Shown: piece after piece, positions 26,911-38,347 of the stretch
Position numbering within the stretch: position 1 is the stretch's first letter
How the letters are laid out: the number at the start of each line of letters is the position of its first letter
NCBI GenBank assembly: GCA_016177705.1
Contig: JACOUT010000005.1
Coordinates: 30,374-94,373, forward strand
Source of the DNA: Deltaproteobacteria bacterium
Lineage (GTDB): Bacteria > Myxococcota > UBA727 > VGSZ01
Length of the DNA stretch: 64,000 nucleotides
Reading direction: 5' to 3'
Notes under the pieces: model-generated
What the model saw: the letters and a program-made list of their open reading frames with translations, nothing else
The model's database searches: none
Told to the model about the DNA's origin: nothing
Made by a program: the position numbers and the translations under genes

Positions 26911-28704
26911 TCACGGTGGCGAGCAGGAGCCGTCGATGCGGCAGAGGCCGCCGCCGCACTCGAGGTCCGAAGCGCACCGGTCGAGCACGGCGCCGAAGAT
27001 CTCGGACGCGCGCGCCGCGTCTTGTGCGCGCACCTCGAGCACCAGCCCGTCCCCGCGCACGCAGCCGCACTCGGTGCAGGCCGCCGGGTCGAGCGCGCCC
27101 TCGTGGTCGAGCGACACCGCCGCGAGCTGGTGGCTGGCGAGCGCCCAGGAGAGCACGCCGAGCAGCTCGTCGAGGGAGCCCGGCTCGCCCTGGTAGCCTG
27201 CCTCCTGCCAGGGGTTGGCGCACACGGTCGGCGCCACGCGGAACAGCACGCTGGTTGGGCAGGGCGCGTCGACCAGCATCTCGGTGGCGTTGCCGCACTC
27301 GTCGCGCAGGTCGCAGGAGAGGTGCACGTCGCCGTTGACCGGGTCGCCGGCGGTCGCTGTCTGCGCGCACTGCCGGCAGCTCGCCACCGCCGGCCCGTTG
27401 TCGAGCGTCAGCGACGTGCCGTTGACATCGGCGAGCGCGAAGGCACCGAGCACGGAGCAGCTCTCGCCGTTGCAGCTCGAGTAGATGGGGGCGCCGGTCG
27501 AGGGGTCGTAGCAGATCTCGCAGCCGGCCGTGCCGTCGGCGCCGGGCAGCGTCTCACACGAGGGCGGCGGCGCGCCGCCGCAGTCGCGGTACACCTCCAC
27601 GCCGGTACCGAGGTCGTAGCAGACCGTGCACCGCTGCGTTGGGTCGAGCAGCTCCTCGCACGCGAGCGTCGGCTCGCCGATGCACTGCGTCTCGACGTAG
27701 CCGTCATCGGCCGGGCAGCTCCGGCACAGGCTGCCGTCCTCGGCGTACTCGAACCAGCAGGGCTCGGCCGGCGCGCAAGCGTCGCCGGGAGCACAGTCGT
27801 TGCGCTCGCACGAGGTCGAGCTGACGCCGCCGTATTGGTCGAGGCAGACCACGCAGGTCTGGTCGGTGTAGGCGAGCACCTCGCACTGTTGCGGCGCTGG
27901 CACGTCGGGGCTGCAGCTTTGGTCGACCACGATGCCGTTGGCGTCGACGCAGGTGGTGCACCACAGGCCGTCGACGGTCACGCTCTCGACGCACGACACC
28001 GGCACGGTGGTGTCGGAGCAGCGGTGGCTCAACAGCACGTCGCCGCTCCAGCAGTCGACGCAGCGGCCGACGTCGTTGGCGTAGGCCTCGCACACCTCGG
28101 GATCGAGGCGGTCGTCGCCGGCGCCGGCGCAATCTTGCACCACCACCTCGTTGTCGCGCGTGCAAACCCGGCAGGTGGCGTCGCCGAGCACCTCGGCGTG
28201 GCACTCGTCGCTTGCAGGCTCGCAGCGGTTCTCCACCACCACGCCGCGCTCGTCGCGGCAGACCGCGCACGCCATGTCCGCCGACACCGGGTCGTTCGGG
28301 TCGACGGGCGCGGGCTCGCACGCGAGGTCGCCCTGCGCGCCCGGCACGAAGCAGTCGTCGAACAACACCTCGCCCAGGTCGGTGGCGCAGTAGCGGCACT
28401 GCTGGCCGTCGGCGTCGAAGCGCAGCTCGCACTCGGCGACGGTCGGCTCGCCGCAGATGGTCACGTCGCCGCCGGCGGTCTGGCACGAGGCGCAGGTCTC
28501 GCCCTCGTTGCGCTCGACCGCGGTGCCGTCGCAGCCCGGGCTGGTGACCGCGCATGAGCCGTCCGCGCACGGGTCGCGCTCGGGCCCGCCGTCCTCCTCG
28601 CCGACGCATTGGGGCAAGGTGGGGTCGAAGAAGCAGTCGCAGCCGAGCGCCGTCGCCGCGCCGAGCACGGCGAGCAGGGAGCGCAGGAGCGAGCCGGGCG
28701 CCAT
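26911..28704 (-). CDS. secreted lipoprotein built from ~10 Cys-rich ~22-aa repeats (CxxC-x2-D/N-x2-G-x(5,7)-C)
   Basis: Lipobox 'LGAATALGCDC'; repeats 'QCRYCATDLGEVLFDDC', 'ACAVCRDERGVVVENRC', 'TCRVCTRDNEVVVQDC', 'RCVDCWSGDVLLSHRC', 'WCTTCVDANGIVVDQSC', 'TCVVCLDQYGGVSSTSC', 'LCRSCPADDGYVETQC', 'RCTVCYDLGTGVEVYRDC', 'GCEICYDPSTGAPIYSSC'. Confidence 0.7.
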   Translation of the reverse strand: MAPGSLLRSLLAVLGAATALGCDCFFDPTLPQCVGEEDGGPERDPCADGSCAVTSPGCDGTAVERNEGETCASCQTAGGDVTICGEPTVAECELRFDADGQQCRYCATDLGEVLFDDCFVPGAQGDLACEPAPVDPNDPVSADMACAVCRDERGVVVENRCEPASDECHAEVLGDATCRVCTRDNEVVVQDCAGAGDDRLDPEVCEAYANDVGRCVDCWSGDVLLSHRCSDTTVPVSCVESVTVDGLWCTTCVDANGIVVDQSCSPDVPAPQQCEVLAYTDQTCVVCLDQYGGVSSTSCERNDCAPGDACAPAEPCWFEYAEDGSLCRSCPADDGYVETQCIGEPTLACEELLDPTQRCTVCYDLGTGVEVYRDCGGAPPPSCETLPGADGTAGCEICYDPSTGAPIYSSCNGESCSVLGAFALADVNGTSLTLDNGPAVASCRQCAQTATAGDPVNGDVHLSCDLRDECGNATEMLVDAPCPTSVLFRVAPTVCANPWQEAGYQGEPGSLDELLGVLSWALASHQLAAVSLDHEGALDPAACTECGCVRGDGLVLEVRAQDAARASEIFGAVLDRCASDLECGGGLCRIDGSCSPP

Positions 28705-28876
28705 GCCAGGGTTTTAGCACCCTCCGTGCCAGCGGGCCGGCTTGGTGCCGGCGCGTCGGGACGCCACGATCCGTCGTCCGACCGACCTTGGCGCGGCGGC
28801 TGCGAGGTCGATGCCGCAGGTCCGTGCGATCTCGTCGTCGCGGGGACAGTGGGCCACATGGTACGACAGCCTACAG

Positions 28877-29644
28877 ATGCTACCTCTCGTCGTGGCGCTG
28901 GTTGTGGCGCAGGTCGACGCCGGCCCTGCCGACGCTGGACCTGTCGACGCCGGACAGCCGCCAACGGTCTGCGGCACGCTCAGCGCCGAGGGCGCGTGCT
29001 TCGGCGAGGTCGCCGCCTGGTGCAGCGAGGACAACACGGGCGGCGCCGCCGCCGCCGCCGATGTGCACGTCGAGGACTGCGCGGGCGGCGCCTGCGCCGT
29101 GCTCGACGACGTCGGCGCTTGGTGCTTCGCCGCGGACGGCGCGCGCTGCGCGTTCGCCGCGGGGGCCGGCGCCACCGCGCACGCCTGCGGGCCGGTGCAG
29201 GCCGCGCCCGACCCTGCCTGGGGCTGCGACCTCGTCGACGGCTGCGTGCCGCTCGCGACCGCCGGCTGCGGCGCGGGCTGCGTCGATGCCGAGCGCGTGC
29301 GCCTGGCCTGTTCGCCCTTCGGGCAGCCGGTGATGTTTCGCTGCGCGGGCTTCGGCGGCGCCTGCGTCGGTGAGGGCTGTGTCGACCTTGGCGTCGGCGC
29401 GCCCTGCGACGAGCGCTTCACCTGCGCCGCGGGCCTCGCGTGCATCGTCGGGGCGTGCGTGGCGGACCTGCCGGGCGCGCTCGTCGACGCTGGGCCGGGT
29501 GAGCCGCCGGCACCACCGGCACCGCCTCCCCTGTGCGGCGCCGGCGCCGTCACCTGCCTTGGGCCCGCGGCGCTCTTGCTCGTCGCTGTTCGCCGAGGCA
29601 GCCGGCGCGCGCGCACGACGTCACCGCCCTATCGGTTGACCTGA
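28877..29644 (+). CDS. Cys-rich secreted protein with MYXO-CTERM-like C-terminal sorting tail (array member 1)
   Basis: ATG at 28877 'MLPLVVALVVAQVDAGPADAGPVDAG'; C-terminus 'PPPLCGAGAVTCLGPAALLLVAVRRGSRRA'. Confidence 0.65.
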   Translation: MLPLVVALVVAQVDAGPADAGPVDAGQPPTVCGTLSAEGACFGEVAAWCSEDNTGGAAAAADVHVEDCAGGACAVLDDVGAWCFAADGARCAFAAGAGATAHACGPVQAAPDPAWGCDLVDGCVPLATAGCGAGCVDAERVRLACSPFGQPVMFRCAGFGGACVGEGCVDLGVGAPCDERFTCAAGLACIVGACVADLPGALVDAGPGEPPAPPAPPPLCGAGAVTCLGPAALLLVAVRRGSRRARTTSPPYRLT

Positions 29645-29816
29645 CAGCAGGCCCTGACAAGAGCGTCGCATCGGCCGGGTGTCCGACCGAGCGCGGCGCC
29701 GCCGGCCTTGCGCTCGTCGACGTGTCGGGTACGGTGCCAGGCGTCCCGGACCAACCGGGATCATGCCGGCTCGACCGGCCAGGAACCCGGCCGAACGGCC
29801 CCCCAGGAGAGGTCAC

Positions 29817-30650
29817 ATGCGGAACGTGCTGCTTTGTTGTTCGTTGGCGTTGGTTGCGTCGGGCGCGGCGTTCGCGCAGGGCGAGGGAGAGGGCGAGGGC
29901 GAGGCCTGCGGCGCCGTCACGCTCGAGGGCGAGTGCCAGGGCACGGACGCCGTGTGGTGCCAGGACAATGTCCTGCAGCGCGTGACCTGCGCGGATCTGC
30001 TGGGTGATGGCAGCGTGGTCGGCAGCTGCGAGGTCTACACCGGCTTCGGTTCGTGGTGCGCCTTCAACGACGGCGACCCGTGCGCGTTCCAGACCCAGGA
30101 CGGCAACGCCATCTACTTCGCTTGCGCCAACGACAGCTCGGGCTGCGTCGACGGTCAGTGCACGGCCGGCACTGGCGCCTGCACGCCCGACGCGGATCCG
30201 CAGAACCCCACCGTGACCTGCCTCGACGGCGGCAACCTTCAAATCGGCTGCCAGCCCTGGGCGCAGGCGTTCGTCTACACCTGCGCGGGCATCAGCGCCG
30301 CCTCCACCTGCGCCAACGACGTGTGCGGCAACGTCGGCTCGGGCGATCCGTGCGCTGACGGCATCGCCGAGTGCGGCGGCGGCCTCTCCTGCGGCGCCGA
30401 CAACACCTGCGGTGGCGGCGGCGAGGGCGAGGGCGAGCCCGCCGAAGGCGAAGGCGAGGGCGACAACGGTGAGTGCGCCAGCGACCGCGACTGCGACGAA
30501 GGCGAGATCTGCGACAACGGCGAGTGCACCGGCGGTGGCGAGCAGCCCCCGGTGTGCAGCCACACGGCCACGAGCGCCGGTCTGCCGGCGGCGGGCCTGT
30601 TGGCGCTCGGCGGTCTGGTGATCGGCGTGCGCCGTCGCCGTCGCGCCTGA
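29817..30650 (+). CDS. Cys-rich secreted protein with short (GE)n tracts and MYXO-CTERM-like tail (array member 2, paralog of 28877..29644)
   Basis: SD 'ggagag' then ATG 29817: 'MRNVLLCCSLALVASGAAFAQGEGEGEGEACGAVTLEGECQGTDAVWCQDN' (compare 'CGTLSAEGACFGEVAAWCSEDN'). C-terminus 'PPVCSHTATSAGLPAAGLLALGGLVIGVRRRRRA'. Confidence 0.7.
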   Translation: MRNVLLCCSLALVASGAAFAQGEGEGEGEACGAVTLEGECQGTDAVWCQDNVLQRVTCADLLGDGSVVGSCEVYTGFGSWCAFNDGDPCAFQTQDGNAIYFACANDSSGCVDGQCTAGTGACTPDADPQNPTVTCLDGGNLQIGCQPWAQAFVYTCAGISAASTCANDVCGNVGSGDPCADGIAECGGGLSCGADNTCGGGGEGEGEPAEGEGEGDNGECASDRDCDEGEICDNGECTGGGEQPPVCSHTATSAGLPAAGLLALGGLVIGVRRRRRA

Positions 30651-30674
30651 TTGCTTCGCGCTCGCGCGAGTGAC

Positions 30675-30706
30675 AAAGGGGGCCGCGAGGCCCCCTTTGC
30701 TTTTTC
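30675..30706 (+). terminator. rho-independent terminator hairpin
   Basis: 'aaaGGGGGCCgcgaGGCCCCCtttgcttttt' 25 nt after the stop at 30650. Confidence 0.7.
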
Positions 30707-31233
30707 GCACCAGCGTCCTGCTCGCCGTCGCCGCCGCGCCCGTGCTGTTCGCCGTGCCGGCGCGCGCACAGGCCGACGCAGGTGTTCAGGACGCAGGTGT
30801 CGAGGATGCCGGCACGCCCGACAACCCCTGCGACCCCAGTTGCGACGGCGACACCCTGCGCTTCTGCGACGGCGAGACGCCCCGGGAGCTGCCGTGCGAC
30901 GCGCCGTTTGCGCGCTGCGATGAGCTGTCGGCCGCGTGGGGCGCCGACTGCCTGCTGCCCGAGGGCGCCGCGTGCGATCCCGGCTACGCCTTCGGCGAGT
31001 CGCGCTGCGACCGCGCCGCGTCGCTGTACTGCATCGAGGGCACCTGCCAGGTGGCGAGCGGTCCGGAGGTGCCTGGTCCGTTGTCGCCGAGCCCCGGCAC
31101 CAGCTCGACGTCCGGCACCAGCGCCACCAGCGACCCCTTCGGCTGCTCGTCGTGCGGCTCGGCGTCGGCGCTCGGGCTGCTCGGCTGCGGCGGCGCGCTG
31201 CGACGCCTGCGCCGACGTGCTCGGCGGACCTGA
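30697..31233 (+). CDS. Cys-rich secreted protein with MYXO-CTERM-like tail (array member 3)
   Basis: Probable TTG start at 30697 inside the terminator U-tract gives 'MLFRTSVLLAVAAAPVLFAVPARAQA'; the alternative GTG at 30670 would place the hairpin in the CDS. C-terminus 'GCSSCGSASALGLLGCGGALRRLRRRARRT'. Confidence 0.5.
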   Translation: MLFRTSVLLAVAAAPVLFAVPARAQADAGVQDAGVEDAGTPDNPCDPSCDGDTLRFCDGETPRELPCDAPFARCDELSAAWGADCLLPEGAACDPGYAFGESRCDRAASLYCIEGTCQVASGPEVPGPLSPSPGTSSTSGTSATSDPFGCSSCGSASALGLLGCGGALRRLRRRARRT

Positions 31234-31236
31234 CCA

Positions 31237-31938
31237 GTGCTCACGCCGCGCATCGGCCAGGACGAGGCGACGGACCTGTCGGATCCGAACCTCGCGAGCA
31301 TCCCTCCCGCGGTGCTGCACGGCGGCATCGCCGGCTCGTTTCGTGTCGCCATCGCGGGCGTGCTGCGCACCATCGCGGCGCAGCGCAACATGAAGATCCA
31401 CGTGCTGTCGGGTCTGATGGTGCTGATCGTCGGCATGACGTTGCCGCTCGGGCTCGAGGTGCGGGTGGCGCTGATCTTCGCCGTCGCCATCGTCTGGTTC
31501 GCCGAGATCCTGAACACCGCGCTCGAGGCGTTCGTCGACCTGCACATCCGCACGTACCACCGCCTCGCCATGATGGCGAAGGACGCGGCCGCGGCCGGCG
31601 TGCTCGTGCTCGCCAGCGCCACCGTCGTGGTGCTCTGCGAGATCCTCTACACCCAGTGGCACTTGGTGACCGACAACCTGCCGGCGGTGCAGCGCGCGGT
31701 GCTGTTCGGCGTCCCCTGTGTGGCGCTCGAGGCCGTTGGCTTGTTTGCCGTGCGACGCGGCGCGCTCGCCGTGGTGCGCTTGCTCGCGTCGCTCGGGTTG
31801 TTGGCGCCGCTCGTCGTGGCCACGCACGATCCGTTCTTCGCCGGCCTGGCGGTGGTGCTGGTGCTGGTGGCCGCCTACGCGCGTTGGTCGTTCCCCCTCA
31901 TGCCTCGCGCGGGCAGCGTGCGCATCGACGCCGCGTGA
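31237..31938 (+). CDS. dgkA: diacylglycerol kinase (DgkA/prokaryotic DAGK) family membrane protein with ~100 aa extra C-terminal TM extension
   Basis: 'AVAIVWFAEILNTALEAFVDL' matches the DgkA 'EILNSAIEAVVD' core; 3 + 3 predicted TM segments. Confidence 0.65.
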   Translation: MLTPRIGQDEATDLSDPNLASIPPAVLHGGIAGSFRVAIAGVLRTIAAQRNMKIHVLSGLMVLIVGMTLPLGLEVRVALIFAVAIVWFAEILNTALEAFVDLHIRTYHRLAMMAKDAAAAGVLVLASATVVVLCEILYTQWHLVTDNLPAVQRAVLFGVPCVALEAVGLFAVRRGALAVVRLLASLGLLAPLVVATHDPFFAGLAVVLVLVAAYARWSFPLMPRAGSVRIDAA

Positions 31939-32788
31939 GCGCGGGCAGCGCCGTCACCATCGACGTCGACGGCGTGCGCCACTACCACGCCATCCACGGC
32001 CTGCCGCCGCCGCGCGGCCCCGATCCGATCTGGCGCGCGGGCGTGCCGCGCGTGCTCGAGCTGTGTGCCGAGCACCGGGTGCGCGCGACGCTCTTCATCG
32101 TCACCGAGGACCTCGAGGACGAGACGGCGCGAGAGCTGGTACGGCGCGCGCACGTCGCCGGTCACGAGATCGCGAGCCACAGCCACCGTCACCGCTACGA
32201 GCTGAGCACGCTCGCGCCCGCCGAGATCGACGCCGAGCTGCGCCGCTCCATCGACGTCATCACCGCGGTGACGGGCGAGCCGCCGCGCGGCTTCCGTGCG
32301 CCCGGCTACACGTTGTCGGCGCCGCTCGTCGACGCGCTGGTGCGGCTCGGCTTCCGCTACGACTCGAGCGTGATGCAGGCGCCGGCCTATTGGGCGGCGC
32401 GCGCGGCCGCGCGCCTGGCGCTGCGCGCCCGCGGTCGCCGGAGCGCGTCGCTGCTCGGCGACCTCCGACAGTTCCTGCCCGGCTATGCCCCGCGCGGTCT
32501 CGTCGAGCTGCCGATCAGCAGCGCGCTCGGCTGGCCGTGGCTCGGCACCACGCTCGCGTTGCTGCCGGCGCCGCTCGGGGCCATGGAGACCGCCGTCGCG
32601 CGCGCGACCCCGCGGCGCGGGCCCGTGGTGCTCGAGTTGCACGCCGTCGACCTATGCGACGCCGGCGACGGCTTCGAGGGCGCGCTGGTGCAAGCGCAAC
32701 GTGATCTCGCCGTGCCGCTCGCGCGCAAGCGCGGACGCCTGGGCCAAGCGGTGGCGGCGCTCGCCAAAGACGCCCGCCCGCTCGCCGA

Positions 32789-32798
<10 letters not shown>
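31935..32798 (+). CDS. polysaccharide deacetylase (NodB homology domain, CE4)
   Basis: GTG overlapping the dgkA TGA; 'RATLFIVTED', 'HEIASHSHRHR' (H-S-x-x-H zinc motif), 'RGFRAPGY'. Confidence 0.8.
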
Positions 32799-35017
<2,219 letters not shown>

Positions 35018-35038
35018 CCGAGCTCCCAGGAGCTGGCG

Positions 35039-36406
35039 TCACTGCACCTCGCCGTCCCCGTCGTCGTCGTCGAGCGGCTCGTGTTCGCAGCCGCCACCGC
35101 CGGGCTCGCCCTGCGCGCCGTCGTCACCCTCGCCGGTGGGCTTGGCCGCGGCGGCAGGCTTTCCCGATGCGGCCATCAGTGCGGGGATCGTGCTCGGGTC
35201 GAGCGGCGGTAACGACGCATGCGGCGGCACGGCCATTCCCTCGATGGGCCAGCCCTTGGTGCGATCGGGCAGGTTGCCGCGCTCGTCGAGCAAGAGCCAC
35301 CGCGCCGGGTTCTTCTGGTAGATGCGCGACAGCACGTCATCATCGAGGTGCATGCCGTGCATGGTGTAGCCGGGGGCCAGGAAGAAGCGCCAGCGCTCCA
35401 TCTCGAGGAACTGCAGGTAGCTGCGCAGCGTGTTCTCGACGTAGGGCTGGTCTTTGGTCGGCTCGAGCACCATGTCCGAGGCGTAGAGCACCTTGTCTTG
35501 GTTGGTGGCGAACCACTCGCGGCTGCGCGAGCGCCAACGGGCAAGCTGCTCGAAGCCCTCGATCTGGAACGTGTAGAAGCCGAAGCTGACGTCGGTGTAG
35601 ACGTTCGGGTATCGCTGCAGCAGCCACGCCATGCGCTTGAGCTTGCCCTCGGAGTTCTTGTGCAGCCCGAAGTGCGGGACGTTCAAGCGCAGGTACGGGT
35701 GCTTCTCGAGCAGTCGTACCGTCTCGTCCCAGTACTTGTTCAGGTTGATGTGGACCACCAGCGGTAGCTGCGTCTCCTCGGCGTAGGCCCAGAACGGCTC
35801 CATGCGCGGATCGTCGAGCGGCATGACGTGGAACGGCCCCTTGCCGGTCTTCTCGCCGTGGCCGAGGTAGAGCTTGACCCCGTCGGCGCCGCGCGCCACG
35901 TAGTCCTTGACCAGCTCGAGGTTGCCCTCGTCGAGCGGGTTGAAGGTGACGAACGCCGCGAAGCGGTCCGGCCACTTCTTCTCCACGGCCAGGATCGACT
36001 CGTTGTTCTCCTTGAACCCCTCGAAGCCGTAGACGGGGTTGAGCGTCAGCGTGTAGATGGTCGATGCCATCAAGATGGTGCGCTTGATGCCGAGCTTGTC
36101 CATCTCGGCGATCAGCACCTTGGCCTCGTCCTCGCCCTTGAGGTGCTCGTGCACGTCGATGATGGCGAAGCGCCGCGCGGGCAGCGAGTCGACCTTGAGC
36201 GTGAGGTCATCCTCGGACAGGTACGCGTTCTTGCTCTTGGCCGACGGCTTGTGCCCGAGCAGCGGCTGGTTGCCCATCGACGGCAGCGGCGGCGGTGACA
36301 CCACGCCGAAGCGGCTGGCGATGGTCCAGCCGACCAGCGCGAGCGCCACCACCAACAGCAGCCACCACGCGAGCTGCAGGACGCGGTTCTTCGTCGACGG
36401 CGCGGG
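35039..36406 (-). CDS. membrane-anchored amidohydrolase-family (TIM-barrel metal-dependent hydrolase) protein
   Basis: ATG at 36406 'MSDPAPSTKNRVLQLAWWLLLVVALALVGWTIAS' (TM anchor); 'AIIDVHEHL' metal-ligand motif; acidic C-terminal tail. The upstream 146 codons of the ORF are junk. Confidence 0.7.
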   Translation of the reverse strand, partial: PAPSTKNRVLQLAWWLLLVVALALVGWTIASRFGVVSPPPLPSMGNQPLLGHKPSAKSKNAYLSEDDLTLKVDSLPARRFAIIDVHEHLKGEDEAKVLIAEMDKLGIKRTILMASTIYTLTLNPVYGFEGFKENNESILAVEKKWPDRFAAFVTFNPLDEGNLELVKDYVARGADGVKLYLGHGEKTGKGPFHVMPLDDPRMEPFWAYAEETQLPLVVHINLNKYWDETVRLLEKHPYLRLNVPHFGLHKNSEGKLKRMAWLLQRYPNVYTDVSFGFYTFQIEGFEQLARWRSRSREWFATNQDKVLYASDMVLEPTKDQPYVENTLRSYLQFLEMERWRFFLAPGYTMHGMHLDDDVLSRIYQKNPARWLLLDERGNLPDRTKGWPIEGMAVPPHASLPPLDPSTIPALMAASGKPAAAAKPTGEGDDGAQGEPGGGGCEHEPLDDDDGDGEVQ

Positions 36407-36467
36407 ATCGCTCATGCGCCGGAGCACAGCAATTGCGCCGGCGGCGCGCAATCCCGTGCTGCCGTCG

Positions 36468-38288
36468 TCAGCCGGCGAGGCCGAGGCGCTCGGCGATGGC
36501 GCGCGGCACGCAGAAGTGGTTCGCGCTGATCGAGGGGTTGTGGCCGTGGTGCGGCGCCGTCGGGTAGATGGTGCGGCTCCTCGACGAGTACCGCTCCGCC
36601 CGCAGGTAGCCGGCCAGCGCCGTGCACTCGTGCCAGCTCTTGGCCAATGGGAAGCGTGACGGCGGCGGCGCCTCCGCCGGCCGCAGCCCCTGGCCGCTCT
36701 TCTCGTGCACGTAGCGGAACCCCGCATGGTAGGTGTTCCAGGCGGTGGCGAGCAGGTCATCGATGGAGAGCGCGCTCTCCTCGGTGAAGGACAAGATGAT
36801 GCCCGCGTCGGCGTAGCCGCGCAGCACCTCGACCATCCGCTCATCGGTCTGGCCGCGCACCTCGTGAAAGCCGTTGCCGACGATCATGACGGCGCCTTGT
36901 GGGTCGGCGCCGGCGGCGCGGATGGCGTCGATCAGGCGTGCGGGCTCGCCGATGTCGGCGTTGCGCACGAACACCATGCCGGCCGGCAAGCGGCCCGCGC
37001 GCTGCTCTTCGAGACACGCGTCGATGGCGGCGTCCTCGAGGTCGGCGCCGAAGTAGCGCAGCTCGCGGCCACCGGGCCGCGAGTAGCGCTGGCGAGTGGC
37101 TTCGCCGCGGCCGATGGCGTGCTCGATGAACACGCGCGGCGTGAAGCCGGTGTCTTTGCAGAAGGCGTCGAGCGCGTCGTTGGCGCGGGTGAAGCTCTCG
37201 CGGTTGGCGTCTTGGCTGGCCGCGATGTTGGCGCCGCGCGTCACCCACGAGCCGCCCTGGCCGTCGATCAAAATGGTGTCGAGCCTCGCCAGGTACGGGT
37301 GGTAGGCCTCGATGATGCCCATCGGCCCGGCGCCCTTGTCGCCGATGCGTCTCCCGCAAGCGGTGGGTGCGGCGGCCTCGCCATCTCGAACCGCGACGCC
37401 AGTGGCCACGAGGATGGTGAGCGCCGCTTCCCCGACTTCGCGGTCCGCGGGCGAAAGCGAGCGGGCCACCATCTCGATGCCCGAGGCGAGCAGCGTGTGC
37501 TTGCCGGCGGCGCGCAGGCCGAGCACCACCGGCAAGAGGTGCGCGCCCGCCTCGATCTCGTCGCCGGTGGGCAGCCAGCTCCGCGGCCCTGTATCGGGCA
37601 GCGAGGGGCAGCTCCTGCCCAGCGCCACCAGCTCCTTCCGCTCGGGCGCCTCGAGCGACACGCCGGCGAAGGCGCGCGCCCACAGCCGTGAGACGTCGGC
37701 CGGCCACGACGGTGGCGCCGTAAACGCGCCGAGCGCGCCTTGCGCATGCGGGTCCCTCGGGCGCACGAAGCGGCCGGCCTCGTCCTGCTCGAGCAGGCCG
37801 CGCGACAGCACGAAGCCGAGATCGGCCAACAGCTCGCGGCGGTTGGCGGCGATGCGGCGGCCATCGCGCTCGACGTCGGTGGCGGCCGGATCGAGCGCCT
37901 CACCCTCGAGCGCGCGGTGGGTGAGGCCGACCTGCGCCAGCGTGCCGAGCACGTAGCGCAACAGCCACAGGTCCGACGGCGCCGTGATGGCAGCGGTCAG
38001 CACGCAGCCCTTGACCACCTTGGCCGCGGCGTCGACGTCGAGACCGTGTCGGCGCGCGGCGGCCTGCACCAGCTCGAGCGCGTGCAACGCGCGCGGCCCC
38101 ATGGCGAGAATGTGCGGCACGCGATCGCGGAAGCGCGCGTACGCGGACGGCTCGAGGAAGGGGAATCCCTTGGACGAGGTGCCGGTCGGCTCCGCGAGCA
38201 CGTGGGCCAGCTCGAAGGCGATGGGGTCGGCGCGCACCACGTCGTCGCGTGTCAGCGCCGCTTCCGCCGGGTGCACGTGGCCGGACAT
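36468..38288 (-). CDS. hypothetical protein (606 aa), no family recognised
   Basis: Long frame with balanced composition; the alternate frames are Arg-rich. Confidence 0.55.
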   Translation of the reverse strand: MSGHVHPAEAALTRDDVVRADPIAFELAHVLAEPTGTSSKGFPFLEPSAYARFRDRVPHILAMGPRALHALELVQAAARRHGLDVDAAAKVVKGCVLTAAITAPSDLWLLRYVLGTLAQVGLTHRALEGEALDPAATDVERDGRRIAANRRELLADLGFVLSRGLLEQDEAGRFVRPRDPHAQGALGAFTAPPSWPADVSRLWARAFAGVSLEAPERKELVALGRSCPSLPDTGPRSWLPTGDEIEAGAHLLPVVLGLRAAGKHTLLASGIEMVARSLSPADREVGEAALTILVATGVAVRDGEAAAPTACGRRIGDKGAGPMGIIEAYHPYLARLDTILIDGQGGSWVTRGANIAASQDANRESFTRANDALDAFCKDTGFTPRVFIEHAIGRGEATRQRYSRPGGRELRYFGADLEDAAIDACLEEQRAGRLPAGMVFVRNADIGEPARLIDAIRAAGADPQGAVMIVGNGFHEVRGQTDERMVEVLRGYADAGIILSFTEESALSIDDLLATAWNTYHAGFRYVHEKSGQGLRPAEAPPPSRFPLAKSWHECTALAGYLRAERYSSRSRTIYPTAPHHGHNPSISANHFCVPRAIAERLGLAG

Positions 38289-38347
38289 GGCAGCAAGACC
38301 CCCACACCGAAGAGAACCGCTGCCAACCCTGGTAGGTTTGCCGCCGC

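Noticed and set aside
27022-28720. Long + strand and alternate minus-strand ORFs over 26911..28704
   Set aside because: Arg/Ala-rich junk. The chosen frame has a lipobox and a regular Cys repeat.
36841-37707. 288-aa ORF and other Arg-rich frames inside the 36468..38288 gene
   Set aside because: Composition artefacts. The 606-aa frame is the only one with balanced amino-acid usage.
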